From assembly GCA_963796965.1 (NCBI GenBank), contig CAWCNS010000009.1, forward strand, positions 224,001-288,000: a stretch of DNA of 64,000 nucleotides, given 5' to 3'. The notes under the pieces were generated by a model. The model searched no databases. It was not told the origin of the DNA and saw only the letters and a program-made list of their open reading frames with translations. Each line of letters starts with the position of its first letter. Position 1 is the first letter of the stretch. This DNA is from Calditrichia bacterium (GTDB lineage Bacteria; Calditrichota; Calditrichia; JAJRVZ01). The position numbers were made by a program, and so were the translations under genes. Positions 1 through 9,194 of the stretch are shown here, piece after piece.

Positions 1-2
1 AG

Positions 3-107
3 CCTTTTGACTGGAGCCAGCGGCCGTTCTTTCTGCTCTTTGGAAATGATGATCCAAAGATGCTTCAGCAGGCATGGGAACACCTGCGCAAGCGTACAGG
101 ACTATGA
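3..107 (+). CDS. 3' end of an unknown gene entering from the left (…PFDWSQRPFFLLFGNDDPKMLQQAWEHLRKRTGL*)
   Basis: Frame 3 is open from the window edge to TGA at 105-107 and is GC-richer than the DNA that follows. Confidence 0.5.
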   Translation, partial: PFDWSQRPFFLLFGNDDPKMLQQAWEHLRKRTGL

Positions 108-193
108 GCGGCAATTTCGATGCAAATTTGGAAAAAATGGACAAGAAAAGCCATGAAGACGCATTAACTAAACTAATTAAGATCTTTAAGTAG
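104..193 (+). pseudogene. Relic of an AbiEii C-terminus (29-codon ORF MSGNFDANLEKMDKKSHEDALTKLIKIFK)
   Basis: 125-193 matches 8677-8745: first 32 nt identical, 20/22 aa identical. Confidence 0.85.
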
Positions 194-453
194 TCCAATC
201 ATATTGTTTTTTAGAATTTTCACCATAGTTTTATATATCTTCTTCACACCTCCCACAAAGACATCACCAAAAGAATCATCCGTTCGATTTTTCCGCACTT
301 GTAAATATATGGGGAGAAAATGAACGAGCCAAAGTTAATGTAGATTATTGTTAACAGTAGTGAACTGAGGCAATTTATAGATGGATGCCGGATTCAGAAA
401 AAATTTTTATATAATAATGTTATCACTTGCATTTCAATAAATTTTTATTAATT

Positions 454-490
454 TTATTGAAACTATAGTTTAATTATTGAAACTATAGTT
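454..490. promoter_or_regulatory. Tandem palindromic operator upstream of the wHTH gene
   Basis: TTATTGAAACTATAGTT at 454-470 and 474-490 (20-bp period); each copy contains the perfect palindrome AACTATAGTT. Confidence 0.7.
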
Positions 491-546
491 CACAGAAATA
501 TAGATTGTCTTTTAAGACGCAATCCAAATTAATAGGAGTATATTCA

Positions 547-1504
547 GTGAGGCCAATTAGTTACGAACAAAATCATTTAATTCATCCTCTGAATGAACTT
601 TTAGGTACTGAAGCACATGTAAGACTACTTAGAATTATGGCAAATGATGTAGAGGGATCTCTAACAGCTTCAGATGCTGCAGAGAGAGCGGGCATAACAC
701 CTCAAGGAGCCTTTAAGGCATTAAAGCGCCTTGTTCGCTCTGGTTATATTATACAAATTGGCGGGGGACGAAAAAGACAATATGCACTCCGCCGGAATGA
801 TAAGCTGGTTGAAGCCTTACTTGATCTATTTCAAACCGAAGCAAATCGTTATAGATTGTTAATCGAAAATATAAAGAAAAAAATAGAGGTTCCTAAGTTT
901 ACTCCGCGATCAGTATGGATTGAAATATTCCCAGATCAATTCGAAGATCCACTTGTTTTGGGAGTACTACATCAAACGCGTCACTTAAATAGTTATGTAA
1001 ATGAACTGCAGAATGAACTTAGAATGGTAGAGCAAGAATTCGATATTACAATTGAGGTGACGGGATACACCAGGGCCGATGTCCCTATTATCAACTTCCG
1101 GTGAAACGAAACACTTATATGGGATTCCGCCCTTTAGAGATAACAATACTATTGAATTATTAACTGGAATGAAAAAGCACGAGGATGTGGATGATTATCT
1201 ATTAAAAATTTGTCACACATTGTCCGTATTAGTTGAGCAGAATACATCTCTTGTGCGGCGCGCGAAAAACCATGTTAAAAAATTGTTGGAAGCAGAGCAT
1301 GGATCGGCTACTAAATCCATAGAGGAATGGCAAAAAATTTTAGAGACATATTCAGAACGGAGATTAATAAATTTTTTAGTATCACGAAGCCAGCGGGCAA
1401 CTCGCCTACGTCAAAGTTGTCCTTTTTTTGCTGTCCTTGAGAATAGTGAAAAAGCCAAAGTCATAGATAAACTTGGAGGAGAAGTTGACACGCGAACAAC
1501 TTGA
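547..1504 (+). CDS. Winged-helix regulator / putative antitoxin, split by one frameshift near 1095 (ORFs 505-1104 and 1079-1504)
   Basis: N-terminal HTH (LTASDAAERAGITPQGAFKALKRLVRSG); C-terminal RATRLRQSCPFFAVL motif as seen in partners of DUF6036 NTases; AGGAG at 534-538 before GTG 547; the two ORFs join with a 1-nt shift. Confidence 0.65.
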
Positions 1505-2018
1505 ACATGCAATTAGAGCGGCTTGTGACGTTTCTGATGATACAGAAATTTGGATTTTGGGCTCTCAGGCAATACTTGGAGAATTCCCTGATGCCCCAGA
1601 GAGTTTGCGTACATCAATTGAAGTTGATGTACAGCCGAAAAATAATCCAGACAAATCGATTGAGATTGATGGTTCTCTTGGAGAACTTTCTTTGTTCCAC
1701 GAAACCCACGGTTTTTATGTACATGGAATATCTTTAGAGACTGTAAAACTTCCAAAGGATTGGGAGAAAAGGGTAATTGAGGTTAAAGATGAAGTCTCAA
1801 CAGAAGGAAACATTGGATTGTGTATCGAGGTACATGATTTAGCCGCAAGTAAACTCGTTGCTTTTAGAGATAAAGATAAGGAATTCTTCCGCGTTCTTCT
1901 TAGTGAAGATATGATTGATGTAAATCTTCTTTTGGCCCGAATTAATAAACTCTCCATAGATAAGGAATTCCAACAGAGACTAACAACCTGGATTATAGAA
2001 ACTACTGAAGATCTTTAG
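1485..2018 (+). CDS. DUF6036-like nucleotidyltransferase (putative toxin)
   Basis: MTREQLEHAIRAA start, GSQAILG and SIEVDV NTase-like motifs, HDLAASKLVAFRDKD; GGAGG RBS before TTG 1485; overlaps the upstream gene. Confidence 0.75.
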   Translation: MTREQLEHAIRAACDVSDDTEIWILGSQAILGEFPDAPESLRTSIEVDVQPKNNPDKSIEIDGSLGELSLFHETHGFYVHGISLETVKLPKDWEKRVIEVKDEVSTEGNIGLCIEVHDLAASKLVAFRDKDKEFFRVLLSEDMIDVNLLLARINKLSIDKEFQQRLTTWIIETTEDL

Positions 2019-2054
2019 ATACAAGGTTAAAATCCATACGCCAGTAGGCACATC

Positions 2055-2078
2055 TTCGATCCCTTAGCGGGCCCACCA
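2055..2078 (+). other. tRNA-3'-end-like fragment (TTCGATCCCTTAGCGGGCCCACCA), no 5' half
   Basis: T-loop-like TTCGATC followed by an acceptor-strand-like segment ending in ACCA, one nt longer than canonical spacing. Confidence 0.45.
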
Positions 2079-2123
2079 ATTTTCAGGCCAATGGCCTTCA
2101 GTAAATTCGAAGCACTAATATCT

Positions 2124-2145
2124 TGCCAAAGGCATCCCTTCGGGA
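2124..2145. mobile_element. 22-bp palindromic mini-insertion TGCCAAAGGCATCCCTTCGGGA
   Basis: Absent from the otherwise matching copy at 8845-8860 (empty site ATATCT|AAATCCTAAAC); near-identical copy at 47101-47122. Confidence 0.75.
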
Positions 2146-2233
2146 AAATCCTAAACAATTTCGAATATCCAAATCTAAAATCAGTCCAAACATCGAGTCT
2201 CTTTTTTTATTTGTGACATTGGATTTTGGGTTT

Positions 2234-2295
2234 TGACTCGTCCTGAATAAGTTGACAGAAAGGAATTAAAATGTCAACTTATTCAGGACTTGACA
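2234..2295. mobile_element. 62-bp IS3-family-like MITE (two terminal IRs with a 14-bp spacer)
   Basis: TG…CA termini; 24-bp IRs match at 20/24, including the perfect 18-mer GTCCTGAATAAGTTGACA / TGTCAACTTATTCAGGAC. Confidence 0.65.
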
Positions 2296-2590
2296 GATTA
2301 TTTAGAGTTTAGTGCTTAGGATTTAGAATGAATATGTACAACTCTTCCCTACCTCTCAAAAAATAACTGCACTAAACACCTTGATTCTGGTTTGAACAAG
2401 CCGGTATTCACCAAAATAATTTGCCCAATCCGTTTCTCACTTTCTGAAAAGAGGAACGGATGGTTCGGGCAATGCATAAAGAATCAGGAGGGAACATAAA
2501 GAAGTGTAATAATTTCTTCGCGTTTTCGCGCCTTGGCGTGAGAATACTTTCTCTCACCAAGCAAGAGATAAAAAGAATAAGTACTCCTGG

Positions 2591-3133
2591 TTAGAATCCA
2601 AATGTGGCACTGAGCATCACGGCTGAGAGTGCTTCTAAATTTTCAACCTGAAAGTTTTCATATTCCAGCCTGACGCCAATTGGGCCCAGAGATACACCTG
2701 CGCCCAGACCCCAGGAAAACGCGGTGCCGCTTTCATCTCCAATAATCGTTCCAACGAGCTTGCTTTCACTGCTCCAGAATAGTACACCGGCTTTGGCGAA
2801 TAAATCCAGTATCTTTAGGACTTCAAAATGGGCCATACCATACACATCCCAACCGGTTGTTTGCGATTCGAACTGCAGGTCTCCGATATTCGTATCTACG
2901 GTACCAAAATTCCGATAGCCACCCTCAATGCCAAAAATAGTTGGGGTATTAAATCCAGCGAAGAACTTATATCCGGTTGAATTTTCGGATATGTCCTTGA
3001 CCTGCTCTTCAATCTCAGCTTCAGCGCCAAAAAAACTGTTTCCTATCCCAGCCCCAATATATAATCCCTGGGCAGACAAAGAGCTGATACTAACAATACA
3101 AATCAATGTAAAAATAACCAGTAAGTATCTCAT
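2591..3133 (-). CDS. Outer-membrane beta-barrel (OmpA-like transmembrane domain) protein
   Basis: Signal peptide, GLYIGAGIG, alternating beta-strand pattern, C-terminal Phe; GGAGG RBS. Confidence 0.85.
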   Translation of the reverse strand: MRYLLVIFTLICIVSISSLSAQGLYIGAGIGNSFFGAEAEIEEQVKDISENSTGYKFFAGFNTPTIFGIEGGYRNFGTVDTNIGDLQFESQTTGWDVYGMAHFEVLKILDLFAKAGVLFWSSESKLVGTIIGDESGTAFSWGLGAGVSLGPIGVRLEYENFQVENLEALSAVMLSATFGF

Positions 3134-3294
3134 GATCCCTCCTGAATTAATAGTAAATTAGTAAACTATGAGTGGGTTCGTGTTATGGTGATCTTTGACA
3201 GCAGAGTGTAACACGCCACATATCCCGATCTAAATATTCGTCAATTAAAATCTTGTCTTTCGGGACTTAATGTAGATATAATTATTTACAGATG

Positions 3295-4823
3295 CTACCG
3301 GTTTAACACAATCCCGCTACAATTCTGGTGCACCGAAAAGCCCGGGGTTCGGGTAATACTTTTCACCGAAATGTCATCAAAAACCGAATCCTGCACATCA
3401 TCCAGCATAAACGCCGGGCGGCCATCCGGCTGTTCAATTGCCACTGAAATGTGGTTCATTTGAATATTCCGCGCGTGACGAATGTAAAAACCGAATGCCG
3501 GCAGCATTCCAAACATCCGGTTTTCCGGATATTTATTCCCCGCTTCCGGAATTTCCCGCAAAGCGGCATCGGCTGTTGCCGGTGGAAATCCACCCTGAAT
3601 CGTAATCGACATATTTTCAAGCGTCACATTTTCAATTAAATTGCCGGGAATTCCACAAATCGACGAAGCAAACGCCGGATAATTATGCCGCTTGCGCTCT
3701 TCATCATTAAATTTTTCAGCGCGATTGACCGTGGCCTGAATATCATGAATTTTAACATTCCGCAAAATTCCCGGCCGAACGGTCAGCGCGCCGTAAATCG
3801 GACGATTTCGGTCACCCAGCCGCAGGGTGACCGGCGTGCCAACGCCGTTCATTCGGATATTCCGCACGGTAATATTTTCCATGATCCCGCCGTCCACAAT
3901 CTGCAGCGCAACCCCGGAAATACCGGTTTGCCAGACTTCGTTGTCCTCAATCAAAATCTCACGAAATCCACCGGAAGAATCCGTGCCCATTTTAATTCCG
4001 TTACAAAGCGTCCGCACCCGGTTTTTGCGAATCACCCCGTTCCGGCAACCGGCTGCGGTGTAGCCTTTCAGACAAATCCCGTCGTCATCGGCGTTGATAT
4101 CACAATTTTCCACCAAAAAATCCTCGCAATCCAGCAAATCGATCCCGTCGGCATTATGAAAATAATTTTCCGTAACCGTAATATGATCCACATGAACCTG
4201 GCGGCAGCGGGTGTATGCCTGCGTCCACCACACCGAATGCCGAAAAGTGACGTCTTTTACCGTAATATTTTCGCACGCCTCAAACCAGATTAATGTCGGA
4301 TTTTCAGCCTTTTTTTCCTGAAATTCGCCGGTCCCGTCCAGCAGCGCATTGCCGTCGAGAATGCCTTCGCCGGAAACCGAAATATTTTTTTCCCGCCGGG
4401 CATAAATCAGCGTGCGTTTCAGGTACTTCTGGTAGCGAATTTCCTGTTCAAACGGGCGCAGCGGAAAATCTTTAAAATACGGACTTGCCAGCAAAATCGC
4501 ACCTTTTTGCAGATACAGGGTGACGTTACTTTTTAGTACAAGCGAGCCGGTCAGGTAAGTTCCGGGCGGCACGATCACCCGCCCGCCATTTTTTTCCCCG
4601 CAAGCATCAATCGCCTGCTGAATCGCCACGGTGTTCAGCGTTTTTCCGTCGCCGACGGCATCAAAATCCAGAATATTCAGCTCAATCGGTTCATCAGGAG
4701 CAGCAAAACCAGTCGTTCCGGCGAAAAGAATGCCGGTCGCGGCAAGGGTACCGGTTTTCATAAATTCCCGCCGGGTGGAATTTTGTTTTTGTCGGCTCTT
4801 AGTAGAGATTTGGTTTGGGCGCA
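3295..4823 (-). CDS. GH28 glycoside hydrolase (polygalacturonase-like), Tat-exported; start approximate
   Basis: STRREFMK twin-arginine motif; DFDAVGDGKTLNT; NADGID, DDGICLK and IKMGT GH28 motifs. Confidence 0.85.
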
Positions 4824-5005
4824 CTTTCTTTTCCTTTTGATTTATTTCGGGTTGAATTTGCCAATTGCAGGCATTACAACCTTCCAATATGACAAGTGGC
4901 ATTTAGAAGTAATTTCCTACCAACCGAAGAAAAAGCTTGATGCGGGCTACAATGCCAGCAGGTCAGGTCAATTTCCCGGTAAAAGCGGCTCCTATGCAGA
5001 GCATG

Positions 5006-6658
5006 TTAATCGGTGGCTACCTTCACATCCTTGAACATGAACGGGTTGTCGCTGAGTCTCAAGTCCTTGCCGCTGGTGGTCGTCACATTCCTGAGAATGA
5101 CTTCCCTGGTTCTGACATAGGGAAACTTCTCCTGGTAGGAATCGTCGGTCATTTGCGGATTGAAATTTGCAAAAATGGCAGGACCCTGGTAATCCTCCGG
5201 ATGATTGGCGTCATCGATATGAAGGGCTTCGATGGTGATCCGTTCCGGCATGTAACAGGTGTAGCCGAAATCATGCTGCCCGGAATAAGAACCGCTTATC
5301 AGGCTTGCGCTGGTTGGTCTGCCGCCAGCGGGCACGAAAATGCAGTTGCGAATAACGAATTCTCCCTGCCATGTACTGCCGTAGTCTGAGCGCAGGTTGA
5401 TGAGGCTCCTTCCGCGGATGGTGCAATTCTCTACAGTTAAGATCCCGCTGCCTATGGCATTAATTCCCATGTGTCCCAGGGTTGAGTTGCGGATGGTGGC
5501 ATTGGCAACCCCCATGTGGGCGTCAAACCGGGAAAGGGTGCATGTGTCATAAAGAAGATTTTTGCAGTAGTTGGAACCCAGGATTCCCCAGTAGTTGCTG
5601 TCATTGATATCATTTGTCTGACTGCAGTTCACGAATGATACATTGAGTGCACGGCTGACCGAAATGTCGTAACTGCCCATAGAGACGGGCTTCCCAGCTG
5701 AGCCAATGGTGCGATATGTTTTGTGTCCGGTCAGGATGGTGTTCTGAACAGTTACGTAAGCGCAGTCACGGATATTGATGAAGCCGCCATAGGGCGCACC
5801 ATGGTCTCCTTCGCTAACTACACGATGTTCCAGCCCATCCACAAGCACATTGGAACGTCTGATCGCGATGTTTCGGCTATAATAGGTGTACTTCGATTCT
5901 GCCCTGTTGGCGATTGTGGTGAAACGTCCACCGGTGATGTTCAGCGTCGTCTCGTCAATGGGAAGGGCGGTAATTTCCGTAATCTGGTCGAAGTCCCAGA
6001 TGATCGGAGCATCCATATCCACATTGCCGTTTTTATCAACGATAAAGATATCTGTTTGCGGAGATCCATTGTTTTGGTTCAGCCCAAATCGGATATAGCG
6101 CTTTACGTGGGAATTAGTGACAGTGATCAGACAGGTTGCCGGCAAAGAGACGTTGATTTTCTCCTGATTCCTTTTTAGGGAAGCGATCCCCTCTGGATTG
6201 AACGGCTGTAGTTTGGAACTGACCATAAAAATAGATGCATTACGGTTCTGAACTTCGGTATCGTCAATGATGAAGGCCGCCGTGCCAAAATCGGTGTCGG
6301 TCCGGATTACCGCTGTGCGCTCCTTTCCTCCAATGTAGTATGTGGCCTCCTCGTCGGCTTTCACCAAAAGGCCGTGCTGATTGGCGAATGCATGAGCCGC
6401 AGCGATAGCGTCTATATCATCGGTTTTGCCGTTGCCCATGGCACCAAAGTCACTATAGCGGACCAATCCAATGGCTTTAAATTTAAGGACATCCTTTGGG
6501 GATACATTTACATGTAATTCCCCATTTTCAATTGTGCGTACCTGGGTTTTACTATTTTTGGATGTTATCACTACGTTTTCAAGCGGGCTTTTGGTCTGCG
6601 CCTGCGCTACAATTACACAGGAAAATAAGAAGAGCATTAAGAGCATGTATTTCATCAT
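5006..6658 (-). CDS. Secreted pectin-lyase-fold (right-handed beta-helix) hypothetical protein
   Basis: Signal peptide, YSDFGAMGNGKTDDIDAI beta-helix cap, repeated V-x-N-C/T strands; 550 aa. Confidence 0.7.
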   Translation of the reverse strand: MMKYMLLMLFLFSCVIVAQAQTKSPLENVVITSKNSKTQVRTIENGELHVNVSPKDVLKFKAIGLVRYSDFGAMGNGKTDDIDAIAAAHAFANQHGLLVKADEEATYYIGGKERTAVIRTDTDFGTAAFIIDDTEVQNRNASIFMVSSKLQPFNPEGIASLKRNQEKINVSLPATCLITVTNSHVKRYIRFGLNQNNGSPQTDIFIVDKNGNVDMDAPIIWDFDQITEITALPIDETTLNITGGRFTTIANRAESKYTYYSRNIAIRRSNVLVDGLEHRVVSEGDHGAPYGGFINIRDCAYVTVQNTILTGHKTYRTIGSAGKPVSMGSYDISVSRALNVSFVNCSQTNDINDSNYWGILGSNYCKNLLYDTCTLSRFDAHMGVANATIRNSTLGHMGINAIGSGILTVENCTIRGRSLINLRSDYGSTWQGEFVIRNCIFVPAGGRPTSASLISGSYSGQHDFGYTCYMPERITIEALHIDDANHPEDYQGPAIFANFNPQMTDDSYQEKFPYVRTREVILRNVTTTSGKDLRLSDNPFMFKDVKVATD

Positions 6659-6970
6659 GAGAGTATTTTAATAGTAATCAATTTCAGAAAAAATCAATTG
6701 GATTGTAAGATATTAGGTTTACTCGTAAATCTCATCATAAACTCGCAATTTTCACGCATAAATGCAAAAATACATTCAATTGGATTGTAAGCTTCCCAAA
6801 GGTTCGCAACGGATAAAAACCAAAAAATGGGTACAAATAAATTAATCACAGAGGCACAGAGTAAAAATTCTGAACAGTTTTGACGCCTAAATTTTGGGAT
6901 ATTATTAAATTAAATGAGGATTTGGGCGACGACTTTCCAATAAATATATTAGTTTAAATACTTCGCCTTA

Positions 6971-7074
6971 AGGGTACTTTTAGTACCCTATTTTTAATAT
7001 ATTTAAACTTATGTTGATTTAAATATTTACATTATAGTTTAATTTTGTTATTATTAGGGTACTAATGGTACCTT
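6971..7074 (+). promoter_or_regulatory. abiE promoter with two inverted-repeat operators
   Basis: AGGGTACT-TTT-AGTACCCT (6971-6989) and AGGGTACTAATGGTACCTT (7056-7074); TTTACA (7026-7031), 17 bp, TATTAT (7049-7054) with an extended -10 TGn. Confidence 0.7.
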
Positions 7075-7078
7075 AATT

Positions 7079-7834
7079 ATGACAAAAATAAACCAATTGA
7101 TAAAAGAATGGCCCAAAGGCACGGTAATGACTTTGGACTATCTGAAGCAATACGGGATAAACCGCGAATTAATAAAACGCTATCGTAGAAGCGATTGGAT
7201 AGAAAATGTGGGGCGTGGCGCTTACCGTTTAGCCGGAGATAATCTTGAATTAGCGGGTGGTTTATATGCCGTTCAAAGTCAACTGAAACAAAAGATACAT
7301 ATAGGAGCAAGAACCGCCCTGGAGATGAAGGGGTATGCTCACTATCTTGGTCCCGGTATTCGAAAAGTATTCATGTTTGGTCAACCAGGAGAATACTTAC
7401 CAGTGTGGTTTAAAAAATATAATTGGCCGGTTGATTACTACTATACAACGACAAACTTATTTCCTGATAATTTGCCTTCTTCTTTTACAACGTCAAAATA
7501 CAAAGATATCGATATAACTATATCCACAACGGAGAGGGCTGTTCTAGAGATGCTACATCTAATACCGGAACAACAAGGATTTGATGAAGCATTGCAAATA
7601 GCAAAATCATTAACCACGTTGCGGCCCGATTTATTACAAAATCTATTAGAGAATTGCAGATCAATAAAAGTTAAAAGACTTTTCATGTATATGTCTGAAA
7701 AAGAAAACCACTTTTGGTTTAGTGATCTGAATCTTGATAGGATCGATCTTGGATCAGGAAAGCGTATGGTTATAAAAAATGGATATTTGGATAAAAAATA
7801 CAATATAACAGTTCCAAGGACATCTGAAAATTGA
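7079..7834 (+). CDS. abiEi: Type IV TA antitoxin, AbiEi family
   Basis: KINQLIKEWPKGTV N-terminal wHTH; ERAVLEML, LRPDLLQNLLENCRSIKVKRLF, IDLGSGKR; TTGA overlap with the toxin gene. Confidence 0.9.
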   Translation: MTKINQLIKEWPKGTVMTLDYLKQYGINRELIKRYRRSDWIENVGRGAYRLAGDNLELAGGLYAVQSQLKQKIHIGARTALEMKGYAHYLGPGIRKVFMFGQPGEYLPVWFKKYNWPVDYYYTTTNLFPDNLPSSFTTSKYKDIDITISTTERAVLEMLHLIPEQQGFDEALQIAKSLTTLRPDLLQNLLENCRSIKVKRLFMYMSEKENHFWFSDLNLDRIDLGSGKRMVIKNGYLDKKYNITVPRTSEN

Positions 7835-8745
7835 AAGATTCTATTTTTTACCGGCAGGCGAATTTAGTTCTGGATATTCTTCCGCTTATTGCAAAATTTG
7901 ATTCTTTTGCATTAAAGGGCGGCACAGCCATTAACTATTTCATCAGGGACCTCCCAAGACTCTCTGTCGATATTGACTTAACTTATCTGCCAATTGAGGA
8001 CAGGCAGACTACCCTAAATTCTATTAATACAATATTAGATGCGTTATCTGAAGAAATTGCAGATACGATTTCGTCTATTAGTATTGCACCGAAAATAAAT
8101 AAAACGACTCAAAATATTGAACGCCTGGTGATAGAACAATCTGGCGTAACGATAAAGATTGAACCGAATCTAATAATTCGGAGTAGTGTTTATCCCCCTG
8201 CAAGAATGATATTAGGTTCAGCTGCCGGCAAATATTTTGAAAAATCGGTAAAAATCCAGACACTTGCTCTTGAAGACCTGTATGGTGGTAAAATATGTGC
8301 CTCTTTAGATCGCCAGCACCCAAGAGATTTGTTTGATATAAAACTATTATTGGATAATGAAGGAATTACATATAAAATACGCACTGCGTTTATCATATAT
8401 CTGATAAGTCATAATCGTCCGATGAATGAATTATTAAATCCGACTTTTCAAGACATTTCACACCAATTTACAGCAGAGTTCCGGGGTATGACTTTTATCC
8501 CAATCGCATTAGATGAACTGAATCATGCCAGGAAAAAATTAGTCACTCAGTTGTTATCGGATCTAACCAAAAACGAAAAACAATTTATTATTTCTGTGAA
8601 ATCAAAGAAACCACAGTGGGATTTGATTGACGTTGAACACATAAAAGATTTACCAGCTGTGAAGTGGAAATTGCTTAATTTGGAAAAAATGGACAAGAAA
8701 AGCCATGAGAAAGCGCTAACTAAACTCATCAAAATATTTGAATGA
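7831..8745 (+). CDS. abiEii: Type IV TA toxin, AbiEii/AbiGii nucleotidyltransferase
   Basis: FALKGGTAIN, RLSVDIDL and GGKICASLDRQHPRDLFD motifs. Confidence 0.92.
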   Translation: MKDSIFYRQANLVLDILPLIAKFDSFALKGGTAINYFIRDLPRLSVDIDLTYLPIEDRQTTLNSINTILDALSEEIADTISSISIAPKINKTTQNIERLVIEQSGVTIKIEPNLIIRSSVYPPARMILGSAAGKYFEKSVKIQTLALEDLYGGKICASLDRQHPRDLFDIKLLLDNEGITYKIRTAFIIYLISHNRPMNELLNPTFQDISHQFTAEFRGMTFIPIALDELNHARKKLVTQLLSDLTKNEKQFIISVKSKKPQWDLIDVEHIKDLPAVKWKLLNLEKMDKKSHEKALTKLIKIFE

Positions 8746-8785
8746 TTCATATACAAAAATTTTCAATCACAGGATTCAAAGGACA

Positions 8786-8805
8786 GAATCTAGTATCGCC
8801 CACCA
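8786..8805 (+). other. tRNA-Val(GAC)-like 3' end fragment GAATCTAGTATCGCCCACCA
   Basis: Canonical spacing: end of T-loop, 5 nt, ATCGCCC (complement of the GGGCGAT tRNA-Val 5' end), A, CCA. No 5' half present. Confidence 0.55.
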
Positions 8806-8970
8806 ATCTTCAGGCCAATGGTCTTCAGAAAATTCGAAGCGCTAATATCTAAATCCTAAACAAATTCGAATTATCCAAATTCTAAAACCTGTCTTGAACC
8901 AAGGCTGGTTTTTTTATTTATAACTTTCATATTTCAGATTTATTTAGAAATTAGGGTTTAGGATTTAGTA
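8798..8970. repeat. Second copy of the long palindromic element, with a central terminator-like hairpin
   Basis: Matches 2071-2328 minus its insertions; AAAACCTGTC…GGCTGGTTTTTTT hairpin plus U-tract at about 8885-8915. Confidence 0.8.
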
Positions 8971-9194
8971 TTTACACTGCCGCAGGCAGTGCCAGGGGGT
9001 CATTGGTTGAACGAACCCCGGTTAGGGGTGAGTGAAATCCGCACGCCATTTGGCTGAAAATCCGCCCACCGGCGGGTTGAAAATGTGCATGGATTTAGTC
9101 TGAATTGAAATTCAATAACCTACGGTGCAACCAATGATCAAGATTTTCCAGATCCTCAAGTTCAAGTTCTTTGTAAGGTACAATAATCACTGTA

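Larger units (their letters stand above)
2071..2328. repeat. Long imperfect-palindrome intergenic element (heptamer-like arms) with two nested insertions
   Basis: 2071-2123 matches 8798-8850 at 49/53 nt; left arm AAGCACTAATATCT..AAATCCTAAAC pairs with right arm TTTAGAGTTTAGTGCTTAGGATTTAG. Confidence 0.8.

Noticed and set aside
1102..1104. TGA of ORF 505-1104 as another selenocysteine codon
   Set aside because: The protein-like sequence continues in a different frame, so this is a frameshift and not readthrough.
2039..2078. Intact tRNA gene here or at 8735-8805
   Set aside because: Only 3'-end-like strings are present, with no D-arm, anticodon arm or complementary 5' acceptor strand.
3451..6178. 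Antisense and alternative-frame ORFs (e.g. 3685-4293, 4937-5389, 5723-6178, and similar ones across the window)
   Set aside because: They overlap well-supported genes, have no recognisable motifs, and are expected shadows of GC-richer coding DNA.
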